The notes under the pieces are model-generated. The model was not told the DNA's origin, made no database searches, and saw nothing but the letters and a program-made list of their open reading frames with translations. This document shows positions 16,441 through 18,744 of a DNA stretch of 18,744 bases, piece after piece (position 1 is the first letter of the stretch; each line of letters starts with the position of its first letter). Position numbers and translations under genes: made by a program. The stretch is from IMG/VR virus record IMGVR_UViG_2636415906_000001, one strand, 5' to 3'. This DNA is from a virus. Lineage: Duplodnaviria; Heunggongvirae; Uroviricota; Caudoviricetes.

Positions 16441-16492
16441 TCTATTGAAAGAAATTATAAATCTATTGAAAAAATACCGATCCACTGAAAGA
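16441..16492. repeat. Three direct repeats (tctattgaaa, tctattgaaa, ccactgaaag) at about 21-bp spacing in the AT-rich region upstream of alpA; candidate operator or arm-type sites
   Basis: Copies start at 16441, 16462 and 16482, in the 470-bp intergenic region between the 216-aa gene and alpA. Confidence 0.5.
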
Positions 16493-16828
16493 TTGCAAAT
16501 GCAGGTGGGATAATTATTTTCTTTATTTTCAATTAGTTACCAGTTTAAAAAATCATTGTTTTATCAAAGAGTTATATCTTTCATCGTCATTCATCATGTT
16601 TTTACATTTCTTTTTATCTTTTATTATTCAATTGGTTGAGTCGGTTTATAATGGCTCATGATGGCTTAAAATGGCTAATGATAGCTGGCGTATCTTTTAG
16701 AGATGGGGTGATTACAGATGAACTAAGCCGAACAGATATAGCAATAGCTAGGCGAGAATTATCTATGCTGGTGGAGATGGGTAAACAGGTAATGCCCCGC
16801 CATTGCTTTGGAGGGGCGTGAAAAGTGA

Positions 16829-17479
16829 TTAGTCGAGATCGTGGACAGCTAATAAAGCCCGTGAGATTTTTTCTAGGAATGTGGCTTTTGCTATTCCTTT
16901 ATGGGATATCCCTTCATCCTTGATTAAGGTTTCTATGTCACGGTATATAGCTGTGCGATTAGGTTTCCCATTTTGGATGTAGGAAGATGAGCCTGATTTT
17001 TTTATCAGCAGATGTACTATCAACCCCATCATTTTCATTGTCCCGTTTTCCTCATCCTGCTTTCTATGCTGCCCACGTCCGCTGCGGTTGGTTTCTTTGA
17101 TGTAGTTTACTAACTGGAGTCCTCCAAGGTTTCGGGCTTTTTCTTCCCAGCCCTTGGTGCCACGCAAATCATCAATCGCTTCTGATATTTTCTGAACAAT
17201 TATTTCTGGTGTATTTGTGTCAATAAATGGGTAAGAAGCTAAGAAAATATCAAGGGCATGGCAAGGCTCATCTTTACTAGTTTTTTCACCTCTGTACACC
17301 TTGATAGCTCTGGCAAGATGAGTTCTGACAAAATCGACATATTCGAAATTTTCCTCAGGCACATCGCTAATGCGCATAGATGGGTTTAGGCCAGCCAAGG
17401 CCACAGCCATTTCATGAGGGGTAATCGATACAGATGAACAAAGCCGTTCGATTGGCGATTTTCTCAAGATGTTGTTCAC
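16829..17479 (-). CDS. Hypothetical protein (216 aa) translationally coupled to the integrase; GTG start
   Basis: GTG at 17479 overlaps the int stop (GTGA) with GGAGG 5-6 nt upstream. AT-rich relative to int. No family recognised. Confidence 0.65.
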   Translation of the reverse strand: MNNILRKSPIERLCSSVSITPHEMAVALAGLNPSMRISDVPEENFEYVDFVRTHLARAIKVYRGEKTSKDEPCHALDIFLASYPFIDTNTPEIIVQKISEAIDDLRGTKGWEEKARNLGGLQLVNYIKETNRSGRGQHRKQDEENGTMKMMGLIVHLLIKKSGSSSYIQNGKPNRTAIYRDIETLIKDEGISHKGIAKATFLEKISRALLAVHDLD

Positions 17480-18744
17480 ATTTGCCTCCGGGCTTTATCG
17501 AATGGCGTTACGTTGTAGTCTTTCCCGCTTTCCAGTGCCACCAGCAGATCTGCCCACTGTGCCAGTGCTGCTTTACGCTCATCAAAATACTGATGACGGT
17601 TATAAATCCCCTCTACGCCCTTAATGCGATGATTGAGGCATCGTTCCGCCACGACAGGATCAACACCCAATGCTGCTAAATGAGTACGTGCGGTGCGTCG
17701 GAAGTCGTGAATCGTGAAATTAGGCACATCCGGCATTTCGGCGCGAACCTTAGCCAGTGCTACGGGTAAAGTGCTTTCCTGAATATGTGGGATCATTCTG
17801 TTTTGCATCTTCCTGGCCGGAAGCACCCATGCGCTATTACATGAAAAGGTGTGTAGCTCTCTCAACCATTCAACGGCTGGGGAAGGTAGAGGTATATCAA
17901 TAGGGTCTCCGTTTTTGCTGCGTTCTTCCGGCAAATGCCATACCGCACCATCTAAATCAAACTCTTCCCATCGTGCGGCGCATAACTCCATCTTACGAAC
18001 GCATAGTGCCAGCAATAGCTTAAATGTCAGTTCGTTCTGGCGGCTGAATCCTTTTGCGGTGCGCATAGCCTCGAATAGCCTGATAAGCTCATCGCGAGTT
18101 AGCCAACGGTCGCGGGAAACCTCTTTACCACCAGCATCAGATACTTCAAACGCTGAACAAGGGTTTATCTCCAGAGCGTGGCGTTTTATCCCATAGTCAA
18201 AGATACGGCGTGTCCAGCGTAATACATCTGTTGCTATCGTTGGTGCTCCTCGGTCAACGATACCTTTTAACATGTCGTCAATGTGACGTGGCTTAACGTC
18301 CTCTACCTTCATATGCCCAATGCAGGGGTTAATATCCTTATCAATTCTCCGGCGAAGGATATCGGGATGTTTCCATCTCGGAAGTATCTGGCGCTCGAAG
18401 TATTCGGAGGCCAGATCTGAAACACGCATGGCGTTTTTCTCAGCCTCCATTTTTGCCAGTGCTTCAGCTTTTCGTTCCTGTTTCTCTGCTGCTACGTCAT
18501 AGCCAAGAGCAACTCTGGCTGACAGCTCTTTTGCTGTTTCTCTGGCTTTTGATAGTGACAGTTCGGAGTAAGAGCCTATAACCATAGCCCGCTGCTTTCC
18601 TGCGAGCTTATAGCGGAATCGCCAGAACGGGACTGTGTAGTTTTTGGGGTAGCAAATATAAAGGCCGTTGCCGTCTGCCTTGCCATCAAATCTGTCTCCC
18701 GCCTTTATCCATGCGCGGATCTGCATATCTGTGAGTTTTGGCAT
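17476..18744 (-). CDS. int: Tyrosine site-specific integrase, P4 family (422 aa); start codon is the last three bases of the window
   Basis: N-terminal arm-binding-like region (GLYICYP...WRFRYKLAGKQRAMVIGSY), catalytic-domain motifs HDFRRTARTHL and LNHRIKGVEGIYNRHQY (R/H-x-x-R and the Tyr nucleophile). Confidence 0.9.
   Translation of the reverse strand: MPKLTDMQIRAWIKAGDRFDGKADGNGLYICYPKNYTVPFWRFRYKLAGKQRAMVIGSYSELSLSKARETAKELSARVALGYDVAAEKQERKAEALAKMEAEKNAMRVSDLASEYFERQILPRWKHPDILRRRIDKDINPCIGHMKVEDVKPRHIDDMLKGIVDRGAPTIATDVLRWTRRIFDYGIKRHALEINPCSAFEVSDAGGKEVSRDRWLTRDELIRLFEAMRTAKGFSRQNELTFKLLLALCVRKMELCAARWEEFDLDGAVWHLPEERSKNGDPIDIPLPSPAVEWLRELHTFSCNSAWVLPARKMQNRMIPHIQESTLPVALAKVRAEMPDVPNFTIHDFRRTARTHLAALGVDPVVAERCLNHRIKGVEGIYNRHQYFDERKAALAQWADLLVALESGKDYNVTPFDKARRQM

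Larger units (their letters stand above)
1465..18744 (-). mobile_element. P4-like / CP4-57-like integrative satellite or genomic island (int-proximal end and att site lie beyond the window; left boundary somewhere in about 700-1460)
   Basis: Co-occurrence and co-orientation of P4-family int, alpA, AntA-like antirepressor and P4 alpha-like primase, with a cargo region carrying an Abi gene, next to a chromosomal SOS gene (dinD). Boundaries not determined. Confidence 0.65.

Noticed and set aside
16636-16821. 61-aa plus-strand ORF divergent from alpA (possible repressor)
   Set aside because: TTG or ATG start without a convincing RBS in a repetitive AT-rich tract (atggct...atggct); cannot be supported from sequence alone. 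Worth a second look only if RNA-seq shows a transcript.
1-18744. CRISPR arrays, tRNA or rRNA genes, IS elements
   Set aside because: No regularly spaced 25-40-bp direct repeats with unique spacers, no tRNA-like cloverleaf or TpsiC arm motifs, and no transposase-like ORF or terminal inverted repeats were seen by eye. The att tRNA for the integrase is presumably beyond position 18744.

Overview
The window looks like the distal ~17 kb of a P4-like integrative satellite or genomic island in an enterobacterial chromosome; all calls rest on reading the sequence and ORF translations by eye, with no database search. Left edge (1-1460): a chromosomal dinD-like gene with a perfect LexA (SOS) box, followed by ~850 bp of non-coding, repeat-rich DNA that probably contains the island boundary. 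Right edge: a complete P4-family tyrosine integrase (17476-18744, minus strand, start codon at the last base of the window), so the attachment site lies beyond the window. Between them, all on the minus strand, run a GTG-start ORF coupled to int, an AlpA regulator, a long translationally coupled core operon (AntA-like antirepressor, several small hypothetical proteins, a P4 alpha-like primase-helicase), two clusters of a GGTGGTACAGGT motif flanking two small genes (candidate ori/crr-like sites), and a strong intrinsic terminator. Past the terminator is a cargo region: (i) a 57/451/705-aa three-gene operon of unrecognisable, low-complexity, coiled-coil and Gly/Ala-rich proteins, with a perfect TATAAT and a LexA-like box over its predicted transcription start, and a convergent small multi-TM membrane protein; (ii) an AT-rich Abi_2 (AbiD/AbiF-like) abortive-infection gene; (iii) an RHH regulator and a PerC-like activator, divergently arranged around a striking 9-mer iteron array. 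The three-gene operon is the best candidate for an undescribed system; its function cannot be assigned from sequence alone. No tRNA, rRNA, CRISPR array or IS element was recognised.
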